Shown: piece by piece, positions 26,980 to 35,326 of the stretch
Layout of the letters: every line of letters starts with the position of its first letter
How positions within the stretch are numbered: the stretch's first letter is position 1
NCBI GenBank assembly: GCA_036557365.1
Contig: DATBHR010000094.1
Span: 981 to 64,980 of the forward strand
DNA from: Vicinamibacterales bacterium
GTDB lineage: Bacteria > Acidobacteriota > Vicinamibacteria > Vicinamibacterales > CAVVIG01
Length of the DNA stretch: 64,000 nucleotides
Direction of reading: 5' to 3'
Position numbers and translations under genes: made by a program
Notes under the pieces: model-generated
Seen by the model: only the letters and a program-made list of their open reading frames with translations
What the model was told of the DNA's origin: nothing
The model's database searches: none

Positions 26980-27662
26980 GATGGCCGGTTGTCGTCGCCG
27001 GGACGAGCGGGGCGAGGTTCGGCCGCGGACAATGCGGCACCGTTCCGAATCGCCGAGACGAGGAACGCGGCGATCAATCCGATCGCAGCGATCACGCCGG
27101 CGACATCGAGCAGAAACAGGTCGGCGCCCGCGAGCGAGACGCGCGGCGAGGCCGCGACCTTGAACGCGCCAATCGCCAGGAGGATGCGCAGCTCCGTCGG
27201 ACCGACGCCGGCGAACGACATCCTGAACACGCCGAGCGCGTGCGTCCCGAGAAAGCTCTCGGCAGCGACGAGGAGGTACGCGGCGAGCATCACGAAAGCG
27301 ATCGCAGGCGTCATGACCTCGGACGCCGCCATGCCGCCGACGAGTGCGGCGGTGCCGCCAAGATCGATGACGTGGTCGATGTAGTAGCCGTAGCGGGGAC
27401 GCTGCTGATTGCGCACCCTGGCGAGCGTCCCGTCGAGACTGTCGCCGAACCAGTTCACCGCCATCATGGCGGCGACGAGAACGGCGAACCAGGGCGACCG
27501 CGAGATGAAGGCAAACGCGACGCCCGCACCGACCATGGCGGCAAGCGCCAGCGTGGTCAGGTGATCGCTCGAAACGGATGCAGGCAGCTTTGCCGCAATC
27601 GCAACGAGCAGGCGCTTTTCGAAACCGGCCGAAATGCTATGGTTCGCACGGGTATGGACCAT
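26976..27662 (-). CDS. CDP-alcohol phosphatidyltransferase family protein
   Basis: 228 aa polytopic protein. NWFGDSLDGTLARVRNQQRPRYGYYIDHVID matches the DG..AR...G...D...D signature. Confidence 0.85.
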   Translation of the reverse strand: MVHTRANHSISAGFEKRLLVAIAAKLPASVSSDHLTTLALAAMVGAGVAFAFISRSPWFAVLVAAMMAVNWFGDSLDGTLARVRNQQRPRYGYYIDHVIDLGGTAALVGGMAASEVMTPAIAFVMLAAYLLVAAESFLGTHALGVFRMSFAGVGPTELRILLAIGAFKVAASPRVSLAGADLFLLDVAGVIAAIGLIAAFLVSAIRNGAALSAAEPRPARPGDDNRPS

Positions 27663-27708
27663 GTCGAGGCTCTCCTTCGGGAAATGCGAAGGAGTGGGCT
27701 CGAATGGC

Positions 27709-29514
27709 TCACGGGCGGCGCGAGTCGAGCAATTCCCAGCGTTTGTAGGCTTCTGCCACCTCGGCGGTCAGCCGTTCGACCTGATCCAGCGCTTCGCGAA
27801 TATCGGAAGGCGACTCTTTGTAGAACTCTGGTGACGCGATGCGCGCGTTCAGCGCCCGCTGCTCGGTTTCAAGCCGATCGATCCGGTCCGGCAGTGCGTC
27901 GAACTCGCGCTGCTCGTTGTAGGACAGCTTCTTCGCTCGGTCTCGTGCCGGACGCTCTGGCGAGATGGCTGGAGCAACTGTGAGGGCTGCGGGCACGGCC
28001 GATCGCGGGTCCGCGCGCTGACGAACCCAGTCTGTGTAGCCGCCGACGTACTCCTGGACCTTGCCGCCGCCCTCGAGCACGAGCGTGCTCGTCACCAGAT
28101 TGTCGAGAAACACGCGATCGTGGCTGACGAGCAGCAGCGTCCCCGACCACTCGGTCAGCAGTTCTTCGAGCAGCTCCAGCGTTTCGATGTCGAGATCGTT
28201 GGTCGGCTCGTCGAGGACGAGTACGTTCGCCGGTCGCGTGAACAGCCGCGCGAGCAGCAGCCGGTTGCGTTCGCCGCCCGACAGCGCCTTGACGGGCGAT
28301 CCCGCGCGCTCCTTCGAGAACAGGAAGTCGGCGAGATACGCGTTGACGTGACGCGTGCGTCCGTTGGCCGTCACCGTATCGTTGCCGTCGCCGATCGTGT
28401 CGAACACGGTACGTTCGGGGTCCAGCTGCTCGCGCTGCTGATCGTAGTACGCGATGTCCACGTTGGCGCCGAGGCGAACGTCCCCTTCGTCGGGCTGCAG
28501 TTCCCCGATCAGCAGCCGCATCAGCGTGGTCTTTCCCGATCCGTTCGGACCGATCAGGCCGACGCGATCGCCGCGCATGATGCGCGTGCTGAAGTCCCTC
28601 ACGACGGGCGCCGCCGCGCCCGGGTGCGTTTTCGTCACCGCGCGCGCTTCGAAGACCAGCCGGCCCGAGCTCTCGGCCTGCTCGATGGCCAGGCGGACCG
28701 ATCCAGGCACCTCCCGCCGCTGCGCCCGCACCTCCCGCATCGCCATCAGCGCGCGGACGCGTCCTTCGTTCCGCGTGCGTCGCGCCTTGATCCCCTGGCG
28801 CAGCCACGCCTCTTCCTCGGCGAGTTTCTTGTCGAAGCGTCGGCGCGCCTCGGTCTCGGCATCGAGGGCATCGCCCTTGCGGCGCAGGTACTGCTCGTAG
28901 TCGCCCGGCCAGGACGTCAGCTGGCCGCGATCGAGCTCCACGATGCGCGTCGCGAGACGCCGCAGGAACGCGCGGTCGTGCGTGACGAAGACGACGGTCC
29001 CGCGGTACTCGGACAGGAAGTTCTCGAGCCACGCAATCGCGTCGATGTCGAGGTGATTGGTCGGCTCGTCGAGCAACAGGACGTCGGGCTGTCCGACAAG
29101 CGCACGTGCCAGCAGCGCGCGCCGCCGCCATCCGCCGGACAGCGTGTCGACAATCGCGTCGGACGGCAGCGCGAGGCGCGACAGCACGAGATCGACGTGG
29201 TGATCTCTCAGCCACGCCTCGTCATCGGCCAGATGCTGCGTATGGCCTTCGGCGACGACGTCGAAGACCGAACGGTTGGACGAAAACGGCAAGTCCTGTT
29301 CGAGGCGCGCCATCTTCAGGCCGGGCTGCCGCCGAACGAAGCCGCCATCCGGCTGCAGTTCGCCGTTCAGAATCTTGAGCAGGGTCGATTTGCCCGTACC
29401 GTTGCGGCCGATGACGGCGATGCGCTCCTTCGCATCGACCTGAAGGTTCGCTTGATCGAGCAGCGGAAGGTGACCGTAGGCGACATCCACACGGTCGAGC
29501 GAGACGAGAGGCAC
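27709..29514 (-). CDS. ABC-F family ATPase (Uup-like, no membrane domain)
   Basis: 601 aa. Two cassettes (GRNGTGKST / LSGGWRRR / LLLDEPTNHLD and GPNGSGKTT / LSGGERNR / LVLDEPTNDLD), an inter-domain linker and a C-terminal coiled coil. Confidence 0.9.
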   Translation of the reverse strand: MPLVSLDRVDVAYGHLPLLDQANLQVDAKERIAVIGRNGTGKSTLLKILNGELQPDGGFVRRQPGLKMARLEQDLPFSSNRSVFDVVAEGHTQHLADDEAWLRDHHVDLVLSRLALPSDAIVDTLSGGWRRRALLARALVGQPDVLLLDEPTNHLDIDAIAWLENFLSEYRGTVVFVTHDRAFLRRLATRIVELDRGQLTSWPGDYEQYLRRKGDALDAETEARRRFDKKLAEEEAWLRQGIKARRTRNEGRVRALMAMREVRAQRREVPGSVRLAIEQAESSGRLVFEARAVTKTHPGAAAPVVRDFSTRIMRGDRVGLIGPNGSGKTTLMRLLIGELQPDEGDVRLGANVDIAYYDQQREQLDPERTVFDTIGDGNDTVTANGRTRHVNAYLADFLFSKERAGSPVKALSGGERNRLLLARLFTRPANVLVLDEPTNDLDIETLELLEELLTEWSGTLLLVSHDRVFLDNLVTSTLVLEGGGKVQEYVGGYTDWVRQRADPRSAVPAALTVAPAISPERPARDRAKKLSYNEQREFDALPDRIDRLETEQRALNARIASPEFYKESPSDIREALDQVERLTAEVAEAYKRWELLDSRRP

Positions 29515-29563
29515 CCCTCACCGTACCACGCCAGCCGCCCGCGCCGCGACGAACCCGGCGATA

Positions 29564-30721
29564 ATGCGTCGCATGAAACGGACGGTGCTCGCTCTCCTCG
29601 CGCTTCTCTCGACGCCTCTCGTCGCCCAACCGCGGCTGACGCTGGACTACTCCGCGATCGCGAAGACGCTCGTACGCCAGCTCGCGCTGAAGCCCGGCGA
29701 GCGCGTCATGTCGATCGGGCAGCCGCCACTTTTCGCGGACCTCGTGCCGTACATCCGGTACGAAGTGATGCGCGCCGGCGGAATCGACCTCGGTGTGATG
29801 GAAGTCCTCCGCGAGCCGGTTCCCGAATCGTTCGACGCGGCCGTGCTCGCCAAAGGGAATTCGGACGCGCGAGCGCACTACAAGGCGATGTTCCAGAACG
29901 TGGACGCCGCCATCATGCTTCCGGGCGCGACGACGGCGCATGCATCGTATCTGGCGATGCAGGACTGGCTAAAGGACGACCTGCGCGAACACCGCGGCCG
30001 CCGGACCATTCATTTCCACTGGGTCGAGAACGGCAGCGCATACGAGGTCCCTGGCCAGCCGCTTCCGCCCCGTTTCGCGATCGACGCGCTTTATCAGCGG
30101 GCTCTGCTCGACACGGACTACGCCGCACTCTCGGCGCGGCAGCACGCCTTCGCGGATGCGCTGCGCGCCGGCGAGACGCACCTGACGTCAGCGAGCGGCA
30201 CGGACCTGCGTTTTCGGATCGGCGATCGACCTGTCGATCTTCAGGACGGCGACGCCTCGCAGGCGCGCGCGGCGCGTGCCCTTGTTCTGATCGACAAGGA
30301 GATCGAGTTGCCCGCCGGTGCGGTTCGGGTCGCCCCGCTCGAAGAAACCGTGAACGGCGTTATCGCAGTTCCGACGTCGCAATGGGACGGGCAGCCGGTC
30401 GAAGGGCTGAGGCTGCGCTTCGAACGCGGCCGCGTCGTTGACGTGTCGGCGTCGCGCGGCAAAGAGGCGGTCGAGCGCGCGATGGCAAAGGCCGGCGAAG
30501 CGGGCCATGCATTTCGTGAGTTTGCGCTCGGCCTGAATCCGCTGCTCGCGGTTCCGGAACGCGGGCCGTGGATTCCATACTACGGGTACGGATCGGGCGT
30601 CGTCCGTCTCTCGCTCGGCGACAACTCGGAGCTCGGTGGGCGCGTCGGCGGCGGCTACGTCCGCTGGAATTTCTTCACGGACATCAAGGTCACGATCGAC
30701 GGGCGGGACTGGACGCGATAG
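29564..30721 (+). CDS. Secreted aminopeptidase-like protein (M29/AmpS-like, tentative)
   Basis: Signal peptide MRRMKRTVLALLALLSTPLVAQ. The C-terminal FALGLNP...LSLGDNSELGG... resembles the M29 thermophilic-aminopeptidase C-terminus, but some expected His residues are not obvious. Confidence 0.45.
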   Translation: MRRMKRTVLALLALLSTPLVAQPRLTLDYSAIAKTLVRQLALKPGERVMSIGQPPLFADLVPYIRYEVMRAGGIDLGVMEVLREPVPESFDAAVLAKGNSDARAHYKAMFQNVDAAIMLPGATTAHASYLAMQDWLKDDLREHRGRRTIHFHWVENGSAYEVPGQPLPPRFAIDALYQRALLDTDYAALSARQHAFADALRAGETHLTSASGTDLRFRIGDRPVDLQDGDASQARAARALVLIDKEIELPAGAVRVAPLEETVNGVIAVPTSQWDGQPVEGLRLRFERGRVVDVSASRGKEAVERAMAKAGEAGHAFREFALGLNPLLAVPERGPWIPYYGYGSGVVRLSLGDNSELGGRVGGGYVRWNFFTDIKVTIDGRDWTR

Positions 30722-31159
30722 TCACCGCGCGCCGGCGAGCGACGCGAGCGCCTGGACGAAGCTCTCGTCGAGCGCGGCCGACGCTGTCTTGCCGAAGATT
30801 TCGACAATCGTCGCAGCTACGGTGCCGGTGTTCTTGAACGTGTGCTGGACTCCGCCTTTCAACGACAGCACCTGCCCCTGCGAGACATCCACGGACGACT
30901 CGCCTTCCACCGTCAGGACCAGGTGTCCCGTGACCAGCACGAACACATGCCACGTCGCATCGTCGTGCGAGTGCATGCGGCGGACCGCGCCGGGCTCGGC
31001 GTAGTCGCGAAGCACGCGGAACGCCGGCTGGTTGAGGACCAGCATCGACGAAATTCCCGGATCGCCTGCGACCGGCCGCGCGCTCTCGGCGCCGCCGACG
31101 GCCTGCGCCGAGACTGGAACGGCAATCAACAGCGAAAAAAGACATGTCAGCAGTTTCAT
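30722..31159 (-). CDS. Secreted cupin-domain protein
   Basis: Start MKLLTCLFSLLIAVPVSAQA (ATG 31157-31159). Cupin motifs RRMHSHDDATWHVFVLVTGHL and GGVQHTFKNTG. Its stop abuts the convergent stop of the previous gene. Confidence 0.65.
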   Translation of the reverse strand: MKLLTCLFSLLIAVPVSAQAVGGAESARPVAGDPGISSMLVLNQPAFRVLRDYAEPGAVRRMHSHDDATWHVFVLVTGHLVLTVEGESSVDVSQGQVLSLKGGVQHTFKNTGTVAATIVEIFGKTASAALDESFVQALASLAGAR

Positions 31160-31220
31160 CGTGCCGCAGCGTGCCACGTCGGCTGTCCGCGCGCAAGATC
31201 GGATGTATTACCATTCGATC

Positions 31221-31532
31221 ATGCCCGACGACACCGCACCGAAATCCGCGTACGAGCTCGCGATGGAGCGCCTGCGAAAGCGGGATGCTGAAGCCGGCGT
31301 CGAGAACCGCCCGGTCAGCGACGCGCAGAAGGCAGCCATCGCGGAGATTCGGAACTTCTACGAATCGAAGATCGCCGAGGCGCAGGTGCTGTACGAATCG
31401 AACCGGCGGAAGGCGATCGATCCGTCCGCGCTCGAGGTGCTCGAGCAGGAGTACCGCCGCGACCGCGAGCGTCTCAATTCGGAGCGCGACCTCAAGATCG
31501 AGAAGGTTCGAAGCGGGAAGACGCCGGTCTGA
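31221..31532 (+). CDS. Hypothetical coiled-coil protein (103 aa)
   Basis: MPDDTAPKSAYELAMERLRKRD...EQEYRRDRERLNSERDLKIEKVRSG, charged and helical. No family recognised. Its 3' end overlaps the convergent permease gene by 41 nt. 31203 is an alternative start. Confidence 0.4.
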   Translation: MPDDTAPKSAYELAMERLRKRDAEAGVENRPVSDAQKAAIAEIRNFYESKIAEAQVLYESNRRKAIDPSALEVLEQEYRRDRERLNSERDLKIEKVRSGKTPV

Positions 31533-32943
31533 CGCCGACGGGACCTTGACGGCGCCGCTTGCGGCTCCAGTACCAGTACCCCGGCAGGCCGGCGGCGATC
31601 AGCACCACGCCAATCATCGACTCTTTCGGTTTCTCGAGCAGCGTATTGACGACCAGCACCATCAGACTGGCCGCAAACAGTGCGGGTACCCACGGGTAGC
31701 CCCACGCACGATACGGCCGCGCCAGCGTGGGATGCGAACGCCGCAGCCGGAAGATCGCGGTGCCGCCGAGGACGCCGAACACGACGGACGCGAAGGTCAC
31801 CCACGTGAACAGCTGCTCGTAGGTGCCCGTCAGCGTCAACAGCGCAGCCCACCCACAGGTCATCACGATCGCGACGTTCGGCGTGCGATAGCGGCGATGC
31901 ACCTTCGCCGCGCTCTCGAAGAACAAGCCATCCTCGGCCATCGCGTAGCAGGCGCGTGACATCGCGATCACGCCGGCCGCATTGCACGCGAACGTCGACA
32001 CGACGACCGTCGCCGCCACGAGGCTCGCGCCGATTGGTCCGACGAGCGCCGTCACGGCGACCTCCGCAATCCGTTCGACGCCCTGCATCGACGAGAGCGG
32101 CAGCGCCAGCATGTACGCAATGTTGATCGTGACGTAAATCGTCGTCAGCGAGGCGATGCCGATCATCAGCGCGCGCGGCACCGTGCGCGGCGCATCCGCG
32201 ATTTCGCCGGCGCAGAACGGCAGGTAGTACCAGCCTTCGTACGCCCACATCACCGCGATCATCACGACGCCGAATGCGCGCAGCGGCGACGCCACCGGCG
32301 GCACGACCGGCGTCAGGCTCGGCGCGACCGGATGCAGTGCGAGCGCGACGATGGGCAGCGCCGCGAGCGCGGCAATCTTGAGCGCGGTCAGCGAGGCCTG
32401 CACGCGATTGCCGCTTTCGATCCCGACGTAGTTCACGGCGCCAAGGGCGAGAATCGAGACGGCGGCCACAATCTGGCCCGATGAAATCGCCCAAGCGCCC
32501 CACGGGAGTGGAACCACTAGCGCCAGGCGGTCGGTGCCGAGCGCCGGCACGAAGTAGCTGAAATACTTCGCGAACCCGACGGCGACCGTGGCGACGCTGC
32601 CGGTCAGGATGACGAGCATCCCTGCCCACCCGAAGAGAAAGCCGACGAGTGGTCCGTAGGCCTCTTCGAGAAAGACGTAGAGGCCGCCCGATCGCGGAAA
32701 CATCGCGCCCATCTCGGCGTAGGTGAGGCCGCCGCTCAGCGCGATCGCGCCTCCCGCCATCCACGCCGCGAGCAGCAGCGGCTCGGACGGGAGCACGGCA
32801 GCCATCGTGCCCGGCGTCAGGAAGATCGCCGACCCGATGACGTTCGTGATGACGAGGAACGTCGCGTCGCGAAGTCCGATCGCGCGCAGCAGTCCGCGAT
32901 CCACGTCAGGCCGGTCGTCGATCACGGGGATATCGTAGTGCAT
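31492..32943 (-). CDS. APC-superfamily amino acid permease
   Basis: 483 aa, about 12 TM. LLRAIGLRDATFLVITNVIGSAIFLTPG...GGLTYAEMGAMFPRSGGLYVFL is a typical APC N-terminus. Confidence 0.85.
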   Translation of the reverse strand: MHYDIPVIDDRPDVDRGLLRAIGLRDATFLVITNVIGSAIFLTPGTMAAVLPSEPLLLAAWMAGGAIALSGGLTYAEMGAMFPRSGGLYVFLEEAYGPLVGFLFGWAGMLVILTGSVATVAVGFAKYFSYFVPALGTDRLALVVPLPWGAWAISSGQIVAAVSILALGAVNYVGIESGNRVQASLTALKIAALAALPIVALALHPVAPSLTPVVPPVASPLRAFGVVMIAVMWAYEGWYYLPFCAGEIADAPRTVPRALMIGIASLTTIYVTINIAYMLALPLSSMQGVERIAEVAVTALVGPIGASLVAATVVVSTFACNAAGVIAMSRACYAMAEDGLFFESAAKVHRRYRTPNVAIVMTCGWAALLTLTGTYEQLFTWVTFASVVFGVLGGTAIFRLRRSHPTLARPYRAWGYPWVPALFAASLMVLVVNTLLEKPKESMIGVVLIAAGLPGYWYWSRKRRRQGPVGVRPASSRFEPSRS

Positions 32944-33047
32944 TCACGAGGTGCACCTGTTTACTCCTGGCGCGCATTTGCCATTCGTGCATTCCTGCAT
33001 TTCCCGCCGTCCCCTCGCAGTATGCTTACGCCAAACTTGGAGCGCTC

Positions 33048-34838
33048 ATGACTCGTGATCGGCGAACGATGGCTCGTTTGTCCGCGGCGCTGGCGATCGC
33101 TGCGGTGGTGGCATTCGTCGGTGCCTGCGCGGCTGGACGGCCGGCGCACCGACTGCGTTTCGCGGTCTCGTATCCGGCATCCTCGGGTGTCACGGCAGCG
33201 GACGGGCGGCTGCTGCTGATGCTCGCCGCTGACAACCACGAGGAACCGCGGTTTCAGATCACGGACAACGACCACACGCAGCAGGTCTTCGGCGTCGACG
33301 TCGACGGTCTCAAGCCGGGCGAGGACGTGACGATCGACGCGACGCCGCTCGGCTATCCGGTCGCGAGCCTCGCCGACATCGCGCCCGGCGAGTACTGGGT
33401 CCAGGGTCTCCTCCACGTCTACGAAACGTTCCACCGGAGCGACGGTCACGTCGTCAGACTTCCGCCGGATCGCGGTGAAGGACAGCAATGGAACGCCGCG
33501 CCGGGAAATCTGTACAGCACGCCGCAGAAGGTCCTCATCGACCCGTCCTCTGACGGCGTGATTCGCGTGGCGCTCGACAAGAAAATTCCTCCGCTGCCGG
33601 ATCAGCCGGACTCGAAGTACATCAAGCACATTCGAATCCAGAGCGAACGCCTGACGAAGTTCTGGGGCCGGCCGATGTATCTCGGCGCCATCCTCGTCCT
33701 GCCGGAAGGCTGGGACAGTCATCCGAACGCGCACTATCCGCTCGCGATCTTTCACGGACACTTCCAGCGCGAGGCGTTCCCGTGGCGCGAAACACCTCCG
33801 GATCCGGCGCTGCCGCCGACGAATCTCGAAGGGATTGCGACGCACTGCCCGAACGGCCACGAGGGCGAGTGGTGCACGAAGTTCGGCTACGAACGTCTCG
33901 TCCAGGAGTACGGCTACACGCTCTATAACCTGTGGCGCTCGCCGGAATTTCCGCGCGCCATCATGGTCAACATCCAGCACGCGAACCCGTACTACGACGA
34001 CTCGTACGCGGTGAATTCCGAGAACCTCGGTCCGTACGGTGACGCCATCACGTACGAGCTCGTGCCCTACATCGAGAAGACGTTCCGCGGACTCGGTCCG
34101 TGGGCGCGCGGCCTGTACGGCGGATCGACGGGCGGATGGGAAGCGCTGGCGGCGCAGCTCAAGTACCCCGACGACTACAACGGCGCCGTCGTCAACTGCC
34201 CGGACCCGATCGACTTCAACCGGTTTACGACGATCAACGTGTACGAGGACGCCAACGCGTACCACACCGACGGCCCGTTCCGCCGTACGCCGCGCCCGGG
34301 CTATCGCGATTACCTCGGGCAGACGCTCGCGACCGTCGAGCAGATGAACCTGCGCGAGCTCGTCCTGGGCACTCATTCGCGATCGGGCGGTCAGTGGGAC
34401 ATCTGGGAAGCGGTCTTTTCTCCCGTCGGCAGCGACGGCTATCCGCAGCGCATCTGGGACAAGCGGACCGGCGCCATCGACCGCAACGTCGCGGCCTACT
34501 GGAAGGATCACTACGACCTCGTGCATCTCATGGAACGCGACTGGGCGACGCTCGGACCCAAGGTCCGCGGCAAGCTGACGCTCAACGTCGGCCTGTCGGA
34601 CAACTTCTTCCTGAACAACGCGGTCTACCTCGCCGAGGCGTTCCTGAAATCCGCGGCGCCGCCCGCCGATGCGAAGGTCGACTACGGCCTCCGCGACGAG
34701 CACTGCTGGAGCGGTGACCACGAACACGTCAACGCGATCTCGCGGCTGACCTACAGCAACCGCTTCATCCCGGCCTTTGCCGCGCACTGGCTGAAGACGG
34801 CGCCGCCGGGCGCGGATACGAAGAGCTGGAGGTACTGA
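33048..34838 (+). CDS. Lipoprotein, esterase-like alpha/beta hydrolase (tentative)
   Basis: Lipobox-like AFVGAC after the N-terminal signal, a GGSTGGWEA nucleophile-elbow-like motif, and 596 aa in total. Confidence 0.45.
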   Translation: MTRDRRTMARLSAALAIAAVVAFVGACAAGRPAHRLRFAVSYPASSGVTAADGRLLLMLAADNHEEPRFQITDNDHTQQVFGVDVDGLKPGEDVTIDATPLGYPVASLADIAPGEYWVQGLLHVYETFHRSDGHVVRLPPDRGEGQQWNAAPGNLYSTPQKVLIDPSSDGVIRVALDKKIPPLPDQPDSKYIKHIRIQSERLTKFWGRPMYLGAILVLPEGWDSHPNAHYPLAIFHGHFQREAFPWRETPPDPALPPTNLEGIATHCPNGHEGEWCTKFGYERLVQEYGYTLYNLWRSPEFPRAIMVNIQHANPYYDDSYAVNSENLGPYGDAITYELVPYIEKTFRGLGPWARGLYGGSTGGWEALAAQLKYPDDYNGAVVNCPDPIDFNRFTTINVYEDANAYHTDGPFRRTPRPGYRDYLGQTLATVEQMNLRELVLGTHSRSGGQWDIWEAVFSPVGSDGYPQRIWDKRTGAIDRNVAAYWKDHYDLVHLMERDWATLGPKVRGKLTLNVGLSDNFFLNNAVYLAEAFLKSAAPPADAKVDYGLRDEHCWSGDHEHVNAISRLTYSNRFIPAFAAHWLKTAPPGADTKSWRY

Positions 34839-34861
34839 GCGTTCGAATCTATGATGCAGGT

Positions 34862-35326
34862 ATGAGCATCCGGTTGACGGTCAATGGACAGGCGCACACC
34901 GTCGACGTCGATCCGGCGACGCCGCTGCTCTATGTGCTGAGCGACGACCTCGCGCTGCGCGGACCCAAGTTCGGCTGCGGTCTCGGACAATGCGGGTCGT
35001 GCACGGTGATCGCTCGGGGGCGCGCGATTCGATCGTGCGTCACGCCGGTGTCGACGCTCGACGATGCGGAAATCACGACGCTCGAAGGGCTGGGGACACC
35101 TGACCGGCCACATCCGCTGCAGCGCGCGTTCATCGAGGAGCAGGCGGCGCAGTGCGGCTTCTGCCTGAACGGCGTCATCCTGTCGGCCAAGGCATTTCTC
35201 GACCAGCAGCCGTCGGCCAGCGACGCCGAGATTCAGCGGGCGCTCTCGGGCGTGTTGTGCCGCTGCTTCACGCACACGCGCATGGTCGCCGCGATCCGCA
35301 AGTACGCGAAAGGACGCGGCCAATGA
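34862..35326 (+). CDS. (2Fe-2S)-binding small subunit of IorAB / aldehyde-oxidase-type molybdoenzyme
   Basis: CGLGQCGSCTV plus CGFCLNG...LCRC cysteine clusters. 154 aa. Confidence 0.9.
   Translation: MSIRLTVNGQAHTVDVDPATPLLYVLSDDLALRGPKFGCGLGQCGSCTVIARGRAIRSCVTPVSTLDDAEITTLEGLGTPDRPHPLQRAFIEEQAAQCGFCLNGVILSAKAFLDQQPSASDAEIQRALSGVLCRCFTHTRMVAAIRKYAKGRGQ

Noticed and set aside
34836-34860. A tRNA-like gttcgaatc word near 34841. I also made a general scan for tRNA T-arm motifs (ggttcgaatcc or ggttcaaatcc).
   Set aside because: There is no acceptor-stem or anticodon-arm complementarity around it. It sits in the 23-nt spacer between two coupled genes. No other candidates were seen.
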